This document shows positions 11,834-23,803 of a stretch of DNA of 64,000 bases, piece after piece. This stretch comes from Scyliorhinus canicula (lineage: Eukaryota). Under the pieces are notes generated by a model that was given only the letters and a program-made list of their open reading frames with translations, did not search any database and had not been told where the DNA came from. Both the position numbers and the translations under genes were made by a program. Within the stretch, counting starts at the first letter, position 1. The number at the start of each line of letters is the position of its first letter. The stretch is from the NCBI RefSeq assembly GCF_902713615.1, contig NC_052151.1:220622863-220686862 (forward strand), written 5' to 3'.

Positions 11834-12275
11834 CACAGCAATAGACCACTTGACATCAACCTGCCAAAAAGACAGAACAAATTCGACTATTCATGATCTA
11901 TGAAGCAGAAGTCAAGTGAGTGCAACGTCCAAAGCAGTTTTCAGCCAAATACGTTTTCCTTGACTAAGTGGGCTCTGCAGGAAGGTACAAATAGTAGAAT
12001 TTCCTCATGGTATTGCTGCGTGCGAAATGACCGAGCCATTTGTTCTGCTGTTGATTGCGGGAAGGCCGAGGGGTGCGTTGCAGCTGAGAAGTAGTCAATG
12101 TTCTCATCAATCACATTTAAAACATTACCCTTCTGGGTAAAAAAAATTGTGTCATATCTTTAATGGATGACGATTCCTAGCAAATTAAGGTGAAAAATGA
12201 CGCAAATCATTCAATATTCCTGTGATGCTGACGCAGTCATTCCCGCTGCGCTATCCATCAGCACATCTTCTGAGA

Positions 12276-12314
12276 GGTTTTTGTACGGCGGCTGCATTGA
12301 CTTTTATCACCGTG
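12276..12314 (-). promoter_or_regulatory. 3' Dβ 23-RSS
   Basis: Minus strand CACGGTG-23 nt (ATAAAAGTCAATGCAGCCGCCGT)-ACAAAAACC (perfect nonamer). Confidence 0.96.
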
Positions 12315-12326
12315 CCCCCCCTGTCC
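12315..12326 (-). CDS. TRBD: TRBD segment (only one found in window)
   Basis: GGACAGGGGGGG (12 nt) between a 12-RSS and a 23-RSS; open in all three frames (GQGG/DRG/TGG); close to the vertebrate-conserved GGGACAGGGGGC. Confidence 0.95.
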
Positions 12327-12354
12327 CACGCTGATATATACTCATACAAAAAAT
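12327..12354 (-). promoter_or_regulatory. 5' Dβ 12-RSS
   Basis: Read away from the coding end (plus strand): CACGCTG-ATATATACTCAT-ACAAAAAAT. Confidence 0.93.
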
Positions 12355-12714
12355 AACACGAGCGTTACGAGGCTCCGCCTCATCCGTGAGTGCTGAGGGA
12401 TTCTGTTGGTAATGCCATTTGTGATGAATATGTGGAGGGTGGTTGTTTATTCATCGGAGAACAATTTACATTGGAAGAAACCTCCTGATGTCTCTCGCGC
12501 AAGAAAATCAAATGGTCATTCAACCAATTGAAAGTAGGACAGGATGTGGTTATTCAGCGGATACCGGTTGCAAAATAGAGCCATTATGCCCACGAGAGCC
12601 TGTGACCCAGGGAAGGTGGCAAGCCCATTTAGCCCTCTAACCTTTCCCACAAAAGACCAGGAGCACAAAACTAAAGAAAGTACTGCGACAATTCGCGACG
12701 CTACTCTTTTTAAC

Positions 12715-12900
12715 TTCTTCCCTTCCTTCCTACCTTCCTTCCCTACTTACATCCGCCCTTCCTTCCTTCCGTACTTCCCATTCGTTATTAATTTCTTTCT
12801 TTCTTTTATTCTTTTTTTTCTTCATTCATGTATTCATTTACTTATTTATTTCCTTCTCCCTTTCCTTCTTTTTAAAATTTCAATCATCGCCCCTCCTCTT
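12715..12900. repeat. Pyrimidine-rich (TTCC/CTTT) low-complexity tract upstream of Dβ
   Basis: Repeated ccttccttcc / ttctttct motifs visible directly. Confidence 0.8.
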
Positions 12901-15900
12901 TTCACTACCCCATCTACTAATTTCTCACATTCTGTATTGCTTTATTGCTCCTTTCTCACTAGTGTACCTCGCCGCCCCTACACAAGCGACATTATTTGCT
13001 TCATCCCTTGAATTCTTCTTTCCACAAGGTGCATTGGCCCCGGCAAGCATCAGGGGCAGAACGCACTCAGTAGATTGTATTCGCGCCTATCGTACTGTTC
13101 TGAATGATCACGCAGAGCATTGTATTCTTGCAAAGCAAAGGGTGCATAGATTCCAGGTGTCCTGGCCGCATTTGTGAGCTGTTATAGTTTTGACTGATCT
13201 GATTTCAAACGACCCTGAATCGTGACGAACCTGTCCTAGAAACCTAACATTGTGAACATTATCGTTTTGTTCTCATTTTGTGATGGATGATCTTCGGGTG
13301 AAAGAAATGCTAGTCTTCGAACTGAAGAGTTTTCAAAGGTGAATTTATCAGAAAAGTCTAACTTTGATTGAAGGAATAGGACAGGGGCTTCAGGATCGTA
13401 ACAAGGGACGGCGATACGACAGTCAGGATGTAAGTCATCACACTTTCCCAGTATGCAATGTGAGTAGAATGTGTGAATGCGAATTTTCCTTAATAATAAG
13501 TAAATAGACGAAAATGAACTCTGAGAAATAGTATGACTGTGTCCAGAAGTTTGATGAATCGAAATGTCCAGCATTGTGCACAGTTCTGCTATTAATCCTG
13601 GCGAAGAAATTGTGTAAAGATATCAACGTAGGTACCGCAATAATTGACAACGAAGTGAAAGGTTATACACATCGTGAGTGATTTAACTATCTGGTAACAT
13701 TTTTTCTGGCAAGCGAGGCAGCTGATGGTGACTTGACATAAATAAATCAAATTTCGAAAAGCATTGATATCATGTACGTGTGGGGGAGTTCGTAATTAAC
13801 GGTCGTTAATGTCAGAAAGTAACATGTCACTCGGGCAATGAAGTAGACAATTTCCGAAACATGACTGGAGAATATCGAACTCAATATCGTATTGGGTTCT
13901 GTGATGTGAATAGAGGGCTGTTTAAACAAATATGGGAAAATGCGGCATGGAGCTGTATTTACGTTATTTTTATTTGGAATCTCAACGTCATTGGAAGCAC
14001 GAAACTATTTAAGGAATGAGATTTAGCGAGAATACTGCAGGCCAATGTTGACCACAGAAATCAATATGGGCCTCATTTCCAGTTCCGGTGCTGGAATACT
14101 TCATAATTCAGAGGATATATGTCAATTCTCGTAAACCCACATGTTTGCGTCTGGTCGTATGACATAATGTATATTCAAATGTCCACAACAGCGCGTGAGA
14201 AGTATTGCCCGGTCTGTGACTATTTGCAGGGCGCGAGAGGAACGGTAAACTATATTTAATGAACCAGTTCGAGACAATTTAATGTTAATGTTATGTTTAA
14301 GTCGTAGTTTGAAACATGCCAATGTGTCAGTAATAGAGTAGGACTCCGCTGTCGGAGGACCTGTCCTGACAGAAAGCTACGTTTGTTGAACTTCCGTCAC
14401 GGAGCGAGCGTTTCCCTGCAGGTGGATGAGGATTGATGTAATGCTGCACCAAGGAAGCGGCCGCACTCACCGAGTGGTGCTTTCCGTAGGATCAGCACCG
14501 ATTGAGGCAGCAATGTCGGAGAGCTCCTGCTGAGATAGGGCTGTGCTGTGTCAGTTAAGGGTGAGGAAATTTTACGGTGCCAAATAATACATCATGAGTG
14601 AAACCTAAGCTTTCATTCAAACGCATTGTTGGTGGATACAAATGATCCCAAACTCACTCTTGCCAATAGCAGCTTCAGAGGTTTGCCAATATCCTGTTAC
14701 TATATCGACGAACATCAGGATAATCTTGCTAATATCCTGTAAGAAACATTATCACCACGAAATTCGCTCAAACAAGTTACGTGGGCCATTGTTCCAGTGT
14801 GTTTGTGGTATCCAGCTGGACAAAAATTAGCTGTTCTGTTCCCTCCCTACTGTATAGACGTCAGTCCAAAAATATTTTCCATTATCGGTAATGCTCCGCT
14901 GTGACCCTGATGCTGTTAAGACAATATAGCATTGGTCTCATGTTTTTATTAAGAGGGGAATTAAAATAGGAACTGATAACATGTTTCACGGTTCTCACCT
15001 AACCCGTCACAAATTGTAAAATAATACATGTCATTGTGATTGAGGAAAACAGTGCATGAGGAAACTTTAAGTCCCTGCGCCCCCGGAGGTGGCGAAGGGA
15101 CTACACTGTACTCATGGTGATTATCTTCTGAATTTCGTTACTAAAACATCGACTTCCAGCCAGTGCAATAGAGCGTTAACGGGTGCATGTCCTCTGTCAT
15201 TTATTTTCAATAAGCCGTGCTTATAATTATTGGCTCGTGTAAATACGGTGAGGACATAGCAACGGACGTAACCTTCAACCTCCTCTAATGTTTCTGGATC
15301 TAAGATGCAGAACGTTCAGCAGGGCTGAGTTAACAGCGCATCTTTAATGATGTCAGCGCCAGTGACAAGGACTTAATTATTCAGAGGACGCTGCATAGGG
15401 TGGATTTTCATATACAGAAGTGCCAATTTCATAGTGCAGAAGCAGTAATATAAGAAAAGACAGAGTGTGCCGTAGATGTGGAAAGCTGAAGAGTTACAGA
15501 TTCTAGTCGAATACCATTCTTGAAACAACGGTTCTATGCCATTGAAACGTTGTGTGGATAAAGAACATCTGGAAGAAATAGTGACATTAAATAACGAGAC
15601 GATGCAGCGTGCTTGGCTTCAGTGATTCAAAGATCTAGTGATTTAGCCATATGGCACTTCACTCACCTCCAGCCTGTGTTGCAGCCAAAATGCAAACGCA
15701 CTGTTGTGTTCTTTCATGGGATGTTGGCGGCGCTGTCTGCGGCAGGAATTGTTGCCGATCCCTAAATGCCCTTAAGTTATGTGCACACCACATTGCGTGG
15801 TTGAAATCACTACACTCTTCGGAACAGTAGGCCATTCTGCCCCTCACGTCTTCCCGTCGTTTAGCAGTTGACCTGTAGCCAAACTCCATTCACGTGTCTT

Positions 15901-18638
15901 TCGCCCATTTCCCTTAATATGTTGCTAAACAAAAATCTATCCATCTCAGAGTTAAAATTAACAACGTTTATAGCTTCAGCTGCTGTTTTGTGGTAGAGAG
16001 TTCAAAACCGTATAACACCTCAAACTTCCCTCTCCCCCGCCTCCCCCTTCCTTGCCCCCTCGAAAATCTGGTGGCCACTGCAATTATTGGCTGCCATCGT
16101 GGATTTGTTGAATTCAAATTTCCAACATTCCCTTTCAGGATTTCAACTCGTCTCAGATAATTGCTGCGAGGTTCCAAATTAAACAATTATTAAACCTCTC
16201 CCATCACCACACTGCATGCCCCATCACCACCATACCACCACTGCTAACTAAAAAATGTGCAACTCACTATCGGTAACCACATAACTTGATCTTGTATGAA
16301 AGAAAATGAAGAGACGAAGAAGACAAATTGCGTAACAATCCCATATTGCCTAAAACATTAATGAAGTTCATTTGAAGATGTAACATGCCATGCGGATACA
16401 GGGGGACCGGTAGATGAAATGTACTTCGATTTTCCAAAGGCATAAAATACTGTGCATTACTGAATTATTTACCTATTATTTGCGAAATACAATAGGTTTT
16501 TGGGTGTCTGTGCCAATGCACTTGCATTGTCAGGAGAATAGTTATGGAACAGAAATCATCCTGATAAACATGGAATTTTAAGGTTGGTCGGCATTGTCAT
16601 GTTGAGATCAACCTTTAATTTTTAATATACTGCGAAAGTAGAACATTAGGTCAATATTTCAGTACTTAGGTGTTTCATTCATCCACGCTTGTGATCCATT
16701 TGCCTATTACGTATTTGGTTGAGAATTGGGTGTTACATAAATTCCACCCGCGTGTCATTGTAACAGTATACAAAGATTCTGAGCAATTTTTCCATTACGC
16801 GCTTAATAGGCCGAGATGTAAGGCTCTTCCTCCTCGAGCCTCTACTCCTGTTAAATAAGATCATTCCCTGCTCTCGCTGAGGTCTTAAGTTGCCATATGG
16901 CCACAGGCTGCTTTCCCCTTTGAGGGGAAGTGCTGACTAGTGGTGATTTAATCTCACCGAACCTACGGTTAGGGGCAAGATTCAGAAGGAGGCGGGGTGA
17001 CTTCATTAATAACCTCAGCCAGTAAAGAGATTGAACCCGCATAGTTACCCTTAACAGCCGCCCAGCCAACTTAGCTGAACCGGCCTCGACCAATTAAGAC
17101 CACGCATTAAGTCCAATTGGCTGCCTCCGCTGGTAGATATAACATCTGTGTAACTCAGCCGCGAATCTGTTCAATGATCCAACTTCCATTGTCCTCCTGG
17201 AAAGAGAGTCACAAAGACTAAGAACCTTCTGACAAAAGAATATCTCTCTTCCTCTCTGTTCTAAATGCAAGATCCCTCATTCTAAACGACACTTCCTCTT
17301 TTAGGTTCTCCCAGGATGTGAAATAAATTCATCACTAATTGCGCAAAAATCCTGTGAGTAGAAGCTCAATCTGCCAATCGTTTGTTCCCAAGTTAAACTC
17401 TTGATCCCTGCGACAAGCTTGGTGAAATGCTTCCAAACCAGGTGTACTACCACCAAATAATGAGATCGACGCGAGACACAGTACTATGAGTTTAGTCTCA
17501 CCAATGCCTTACACCATGGTAATTGTATACGTCACCGTCTTGCAAGCCAAACAGGCATCCCATTTGCATTTGTAATTATTTGTTGTAGCTGCGTGCCATT
17601 TTTAATTGTGATGAATTTATAATGACCTCAATATCCCTGTGTTTATCTGAGTTCTATACTCTTCGTCGATTTTAAGACTATTCTGCCCACCAAGACAACT
17701 TGGAAACCGCACAGTTTTCAACAAAATATTAAGATGCCAAATATTACCGACTGACTTAACTCACTATCGGTTTGCGAACTATTTGAGTCATTAACTCATC
17801 GGGTTACCTTCTTACGTTTATTCCATCAACAAATGTGTTTGCAATAACCTCAGTTTCATCATCAAATCCATTAATAGTGATCACATTTAGGTGCAAATTC
17901 GACATTAATTTGGTTCTGGAACAAAATATTGATCTGGATCATACTGAGAACATAAGAGAGGATCAGCTAACTTGTGTATACATTCGGCGTAGTATTTTGA
18001 AATAGTTTAAGATCTTTGTTTTTTGAACATGTGGCAAAACACGTGCAGGACTAGATTATGCACCCTCTTCTACCATTAATCCGGAGTGCATATGTTGAGT
18101 GATATGTAATATATTTGATTGCATTACCCTTAGAATCCGGGGATTTGTTCCAACGTGCAGGTCAGCAGATTTGGCTACAAAACGCTTAGTTTACCCATGC
18201 AATTCACAGTGTCGCAGATGGTTACAGCATGGAAAGAGGCCCTTCTGCCCAGCTTGTCCATGCCGCCCAGTTTCTATCACTAACCTGGTCCCACATGCCC
18301 GCGTTTTGCCCATAACGGTCTATACCCACCCTGCCCATGGAACTGTCTAACTGCTTTTTAAAGGAAAACATTTGACGCGCCTCTACCAAGTGCTCACCAC
18401 TCTGTGTGTGATAACATTTCCACTCTGGTCTCGTTTCTATCTCTCATCTGTCACCTTATACCTATGTCCTCTCGTTCTAGACATTTCTATCTTTGGGAAA
18501 AGATGTTGACTATCTACCTTATCTGTGCTCCTCGTTATTTTAGAAACCTCTATAAGATCGCCCCTAAGCCTCCTACCCTCCCGGGGAAAAAGACCAGCCT
18601 CTCCTTATATCTCGGGCCATCAAGTCCTGGTAGGAAGA

Positions 18639-21262
18639 GGCAGCACGATGGTACAGTGGTTAGCAATGCTATCTCACGGCGCCGCTTTCCAAGATATAGT
18701 TTGAGTACATTAGATTGGTCGTTCTTTGTACAATGTGTGCAGGAGGGTTTCCTGACACAATATGTTGACAGGCCAACAAGAGGCGAGGCCACATTGGATT
18801 TGGTTTTGAGTAATGAACCAGGCCAGATGTTAGATCTGGAGGTAGGTGAGCACTGTGGAAACAGTGACCACAATTCGGCGACCTTTATGTTAGTGATGGA
18901 AAGGGATAAGTATACCCCGCAGGGCAAGAGTTATAGCTGGGGGAAGGGCAATTATGATGCCATTAGACATGACTTAGGATGTGTAGGTTGGAGAAGTAGG
19001 CTGCAAGGGTTGGGCACACTGGATATGTGGAGCTTGTTCAAGGAAAAGCTATTGCATGTTCTTGATAAGTACGTACCAGTCAGGCAGGGAGGAAGGGGGT
19101 CGAGCGAGGGAACCGTGGTTTACCAAAGAAGTGGAATCTCTTGTTAAGAGGAAGAAGGAGGCCTATGTGAAGATAAGGCGTGAAGTTTCAGTTGGCGCGC
19201 TTGACAAGGAAGTGAGGAAGGATCTAAAGAGAGAGCTAAGACGGGCAAGGAGGGGACATGAGAAGTCTTTGGCAGGTAGGATCAAGGAAAACCCAAAAAG
19301 CTTTCTATAGGTATGTCAGGAATAAAAGAATAACTAGGGTGAGAGTAGAGCCAGTCAAGGACAGTGGTGGGAAGTTGTGTGTGGAGGCTGAGGAGATAAG
19401 CGAGATACTAAATGAATACTTTTCGTCAGTATTCACTCAGGAAAAAGATAATGTTGTGGAGGAGAATGCTGAGCCAGGCTATTAGAATAGATGGCATTGG
19501 GGTGCGTAGGGAAGAAGTGTTGGCAATTCTGGACAAGGTGAAAATAGATAAGTCCCCGGGGCCTGATGGGATTTATCCTAGGATTCTCTGGGAAGCCAGG
19601 GAAGAGATTGCTGAGCCTTTGGCTTTGATTTTTATGTCATCATTGGCTACAGGAATAGTGCCAGAGGATTGGAGGATATCAAATGTGGTCCCTTTGTTCA
19701 AGAAGGGGAGTAGAGATAACCCCGGTAACTATAGGCCGGTGAGCCTCACGTCTGTTGTGGGTAAAGTCTTGGAGAGGATTATAAGAGATACGATTTATAA
19801 TCATCTAGATAGGAATAACATGATTAGGGATAGTCAGCATGGTTTTGTGAAGGGTAGGTCATGCCTCACAAACCTTATCGAGTTCTTTGAGAAGGTGACT
19901 GAACAGGTAGACGAGGGTAGAGCAGTTGATGTGGTGTATATGGATTTCAGTAAAGCGTTTGATAAGGTTCCCCGCGGTCGTCTATTGCAGAAAATACGGA
20001 GGCTGGGGATTGAGGGTGATTTAGAGATGTGGATCAGAAATTGGCTAGTTGAAAGAAGACAGAGGGTGGTGGTTGATGGCAAATGTTCAGAATGGAGTTC
20101 AGTTATGAGTGCCGTACCACAAGGATCTGTTCTGGGGCCGTTGCTCTTTGTCATTTTTACAAATGACCTAGAGGAGGGCACAGAAGGTTGGGTGAGTAAA
20201 TCTGCAGACGATACTAAAGTCGGTGAAGTTGTAGATAGTGTGGAAGGATGTTGCAGGTTACAGAGGGACATAGATAAGCTGCAGAGCTGGGCTGAGAGGT
20301 GGCAAATGGAGTTTAATGTAGAGAAGTGTGAGGTGATTCACTTTGGAAAGAATAACAGGAATGCGGAATATTTGGCTAATGGTAAAATTCTTGGTAGTGT
20401 GGATGAGCAGAGGGATCTCGGTGTCCATGTACGTAGATCCCTGAAAGTTGCCACCCAGGTTGATAGGGTTGTGAAGAAGGCCTATGGTCTGTTGGCCTTT
20501 ATTGGTAGAGGGATTGAGTTCCGGAGCCAGGAGGTCATGTTGCAGCTGTACAAAACTCTGGTACGGCCGCATTTGGAGTATTGCGTACAGTTCTGGTCGC
20601 CTCATTATAGGAAGGACGTGGAAGCTTTGGAACGGGTGCAGAGGAGATTTACCAGGATGTTGCCTGGTATGGAGGGAAAATCTTATGAGGAAAGGCTGAT
20701 GGACTTGAGGTTGTTTTCGTTAGAGAGAAGAAGGTTAAGAGGTGACTTAATAGAGGCATACAAAATGATCAGAGGGTTAGATAGGGTGGACAGTGAGAGC
20801 CTTCTCCCGCGGATGGAGGTGGCTAGTACGAGGGGACATAGCCTTAAATTGAGGGGTAATAGATATAGGACAGACGTCAGAGTTAGGTTTTTTACGCAAA
20901 GAGTGGTGAGGCCGTGGAATGCCCTACCTGCAACAGTAGTGAACTCGCCAACATTTTGGGCATTTAAAAGTTTATTGGATAAGCATATGGATGATAATGG
21001 CATAGTGTAGGTTAGATGGCATTTAGTTCTTGACTTCCCATGTCGGTGCAACATCGTGGGCCGAAGGACCTGTACTGCACTGTATCGTTCTATGTTCTAT
21101 GTTCTATTCGATCCCGGCTCTGGGTCACTGCGCATGTGGAGTTTGCACATTCACTCCGTGTCGCCCCCACAGCCCAAAGATGTGCATGGTAGGTAATTGG
21201 CCACGCTAAATTGCCACTTAATTGGAAAAAAATTAATTACGCACTCTAAATTCATTTTTTTA
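18639..21262 (+). mobile_element. tRNA-derived V-SINE (HE1-like) split by a CR1 insertion
   Basis: Head ggcagcacgatggtacagtggttagc...cacggcgccg (18639-18684) resumes after the CR1 at 21108 (tcgatcccggctctgggtcactg...gagtttgcacattc). Confidence 0.75.
18685..21107 (+). mobile_element. 5'-truncated CR1 LINE (end of endonuclease + RT)
   Basis: ORF 19412-21010 has KSPGPDGIYP, NYRPVSLTSVVGKVLERII, QHGFVKGRSCLTNL, DFSKAFDKVP, VPQGSVLGPLLF, SADD; upstream parts frameshifted; ends in (GTTCTAT)3 at 21087-21107. Confidence 0.95.
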
Positions 21263-21629
21263 AAAACGTCCTGTTGGCATCCTCGTAAATCTCTTCTGCA
21301 CTCTTTTCGTTTAACAATGCATTTCCTATAACAGGGTGACCAGAACTGAACACAGTATTCCATTTGTTGTCTTACCAATATTTTGTACAACTTCAACAAG
21401 ACGTTCCAACTCCTGTACTCAATACTCTAACCAATAAAACTTAGCATGCTGAATGCCTTCTTCACCACCCTGTCCACCTGCGACCTCACTTTCAAGGAGC
21501 TATGACCCTGTACCCCTTAATCTCTTTGTTCTGTAACTATCCCCGAACTGCCTACCATTGACTGAGTAGTCCCTGCCCAGGTTTTATCGACCAAAATGCA
21601 TCACCTCAAATGCATTCGTCCAAATTAAA

Positions 21630-22176
21630 AAAATTTTTTTTTTAGAAGGGCAGCACGGTAGCATTGTGGATAGCACAATCGCTTCACAGCTCCAGGGTCC
21701 CAGGTTCAATTCCGGCTTGGGTCACTGTCTGTGCGGAGTCTGCACATCCTCCCCATGTGTGCGTGGGTTTCCTCCGGGTGCTCCGGTTTCCTCCCACTGT
21801 CCAAAGATATGCAGGTTAGGTGGATTGGCCATGATAGATTACCCTTAGTGTCCCTTAGTGTTGCGTTGGGTTATGGGGATAGGCTGGAGGTGTTAACATT
21901 GGGTGGGGGGCTCTTTCCAGGAGCCGGTGCAGACTCGATGGGCCGAATGGCCTCCTTCTGCACTGTAAATTCTATGAAATACCCAATTCATTTTCTCCAA
22001 TTAAGGGGCAGTTTAATGTGGCCAATTGACCTACCCTGCACATCTTTGAGTTGTGGGGGTGAAACCCACGCAGACACGGGGAGAATGTGCAAACATCACA
22101 TGTACAGCCGGGATCGAACCTGGGACCTCGGTGCCGTGAGGCAGCAGGGCTAACCCACTGCGCCACCATGCTGCCC
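21630..22176. mobile_element. Two nested V-SINEs: plus copy 21647-21977 inside a minus copy 21630-22176
   Basis: tRNA-like heads gggcagcacggtagc / gggcagcatggtgg, V-SINE core, CR1-type tail gcactgtaaattctatg; outer copy flanked by a 19-bp near-duplicate tgcatt(c/t)gtccaaattaaa (21611-21629, 22177-22195). Confidence 0.88.
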
Positions 22177-23669
22177 TGCATTTGTCCAAATTAAACTTCA
22201 TCTCCCATCCATCGACCCACTGGCCTAATTGGTCAAGATTATATAAAACTTACTTCACTATCGACGATGCCAGCAATCGTGGTGCCATCTGCAAACTTAC
22301 TAACCATGCCTCCTACATACTCGTCCAAAGCATTTATATATACGACAAATAACAGTGGACACAGGACCGTTGCCTGAGGCACACTGCTGGCCACAGACCT
22401 CCAGTTTCAAAATCAAGCCTTCAGAACCACCCTTTGGCTTCGGTCACCAAGCCAATTTCGTATCCAATTGGGTATCTCACCCTGGATTTCGTGGAATTAA
22501 CCTTTGCAACAAACTAGCATGCAATGCCTTGTCAAACGCCGTCGAATGTCCATGAAGACAACGTCGGCTGCCCTGCCCTCATGTACCTTAGTGTTTATCC
22601 CTTCAAATATCAAAATCAAATTCGTGAATTATGACTTACCCTCATAAAGCCATGCTGACTTTCCATAATTTGCCCTTGCCTGTCTAAATGCCCATAGATT
22701 ATGTCCCTCAGAATACATTCTAACAACTTGACCACAACGGAAGTAAAGCTCACCGGCCTGTAGTTCCTAAGCTTATCCCTCCAGCCCTTCGTAAACAAGA
22801 GCACACTATGTGCTATCCTCCAATCTTCAGGCACCTCTCTTGTGGCTGTCGATGATTCAGATATCTCATCTAGGGGGCTGGGAATTTCAAACCCAGCCTC
22901 TAGCAATATTCTGGGATACATTTCATCAGGTCCATCAGGGGATTTATCCATCTTGCTGCGCTTTAATACCTCCAGGAGCAACTTCTTTGTAATATGTACA
23001 CTCCTCAAGACACAACTTGTTATTTCCCGACCTGCCCTAACATTCGCGTCTTTCTCAACTATAAATGCTGACGAGGAATATAAATTTCGGATCTCTCCCA
23101 TCCCTTCTAGATCATCACAAAGATTTCCTTATTTATCCTTCAGAGGCCCTATCTTCCCCCTAATTATTCGTGTGCCCACTATCTATCTGTAAACGCTCTT
23201 TGGATTTTCCTTTGCCTTTTCTGCTAACACAATTTAATATCCCATTTTTGCCCTCCTGATTTCTCTCTTAACACTACTCCGACAAGCTGTATTCTTTCCA
23301 AGGTATCCACTTGATCCTGGCTGCCAATACGTGTCATATGCTTCCTTCTTCCTCTTATTAACACTTTTTTGAAATACTCCCATTTACCTCCTGTCCCCTT
23401 GCCTGTAAACAGACTCCCCAGTCAACTTTTGAAAGTTCCCGCCTAATACCAACGAAATTGTTCTTTCTCCAATTTAGATTGATCCATTGGACCAGAAAGA
23501 TCATTCTCCATAGCTATATTAAAGCTAATGGAATTATGGTCAATGGTCCCAAAGTGATCCCTCACTAACGCTTCCGTCTGCTGTCCTTCCTTATTCCCCA
23601 AGTTGAGATCAGGTTTTGGAACGCCCCCCCTCTCCCCCCTCTCCCTCCCCTCTCCCCCCCTCCCCCCCT

Positions 23670-23803
23670 NNNNNNNNNNNNNNNNNNNNNNNNNNNNNNN
23701 NNNNNNNNNNNNNNNNNNNNNNNNNNNNNNNNNNNNNNNNNNNNNNNNNNNNNNNNNNNNNNNNNNNNNNNNNNNNNNNNNNNNNNNNNNNNNNNNNNNN
23801 NNN
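23670..23803. other. Assembly gap (134 N) flanked by C/T-rich simple repeats
   Basis: N run with ctccc/cccctc tracts on both sides (23625-23855). Confidence 1.

Noticed and set aside
13379-13388. D-like GGACAGGGGC on the plus strand
   Set aside because: No CAC-heptamer or nonamer on either side.
15270-15380. VLVTGADIIKDALLTQ, vaguely cytochrome P450-like
   Set aside because: Followed by an in-frame stop, no clean exon boundaries and no other P450 segments nearby.
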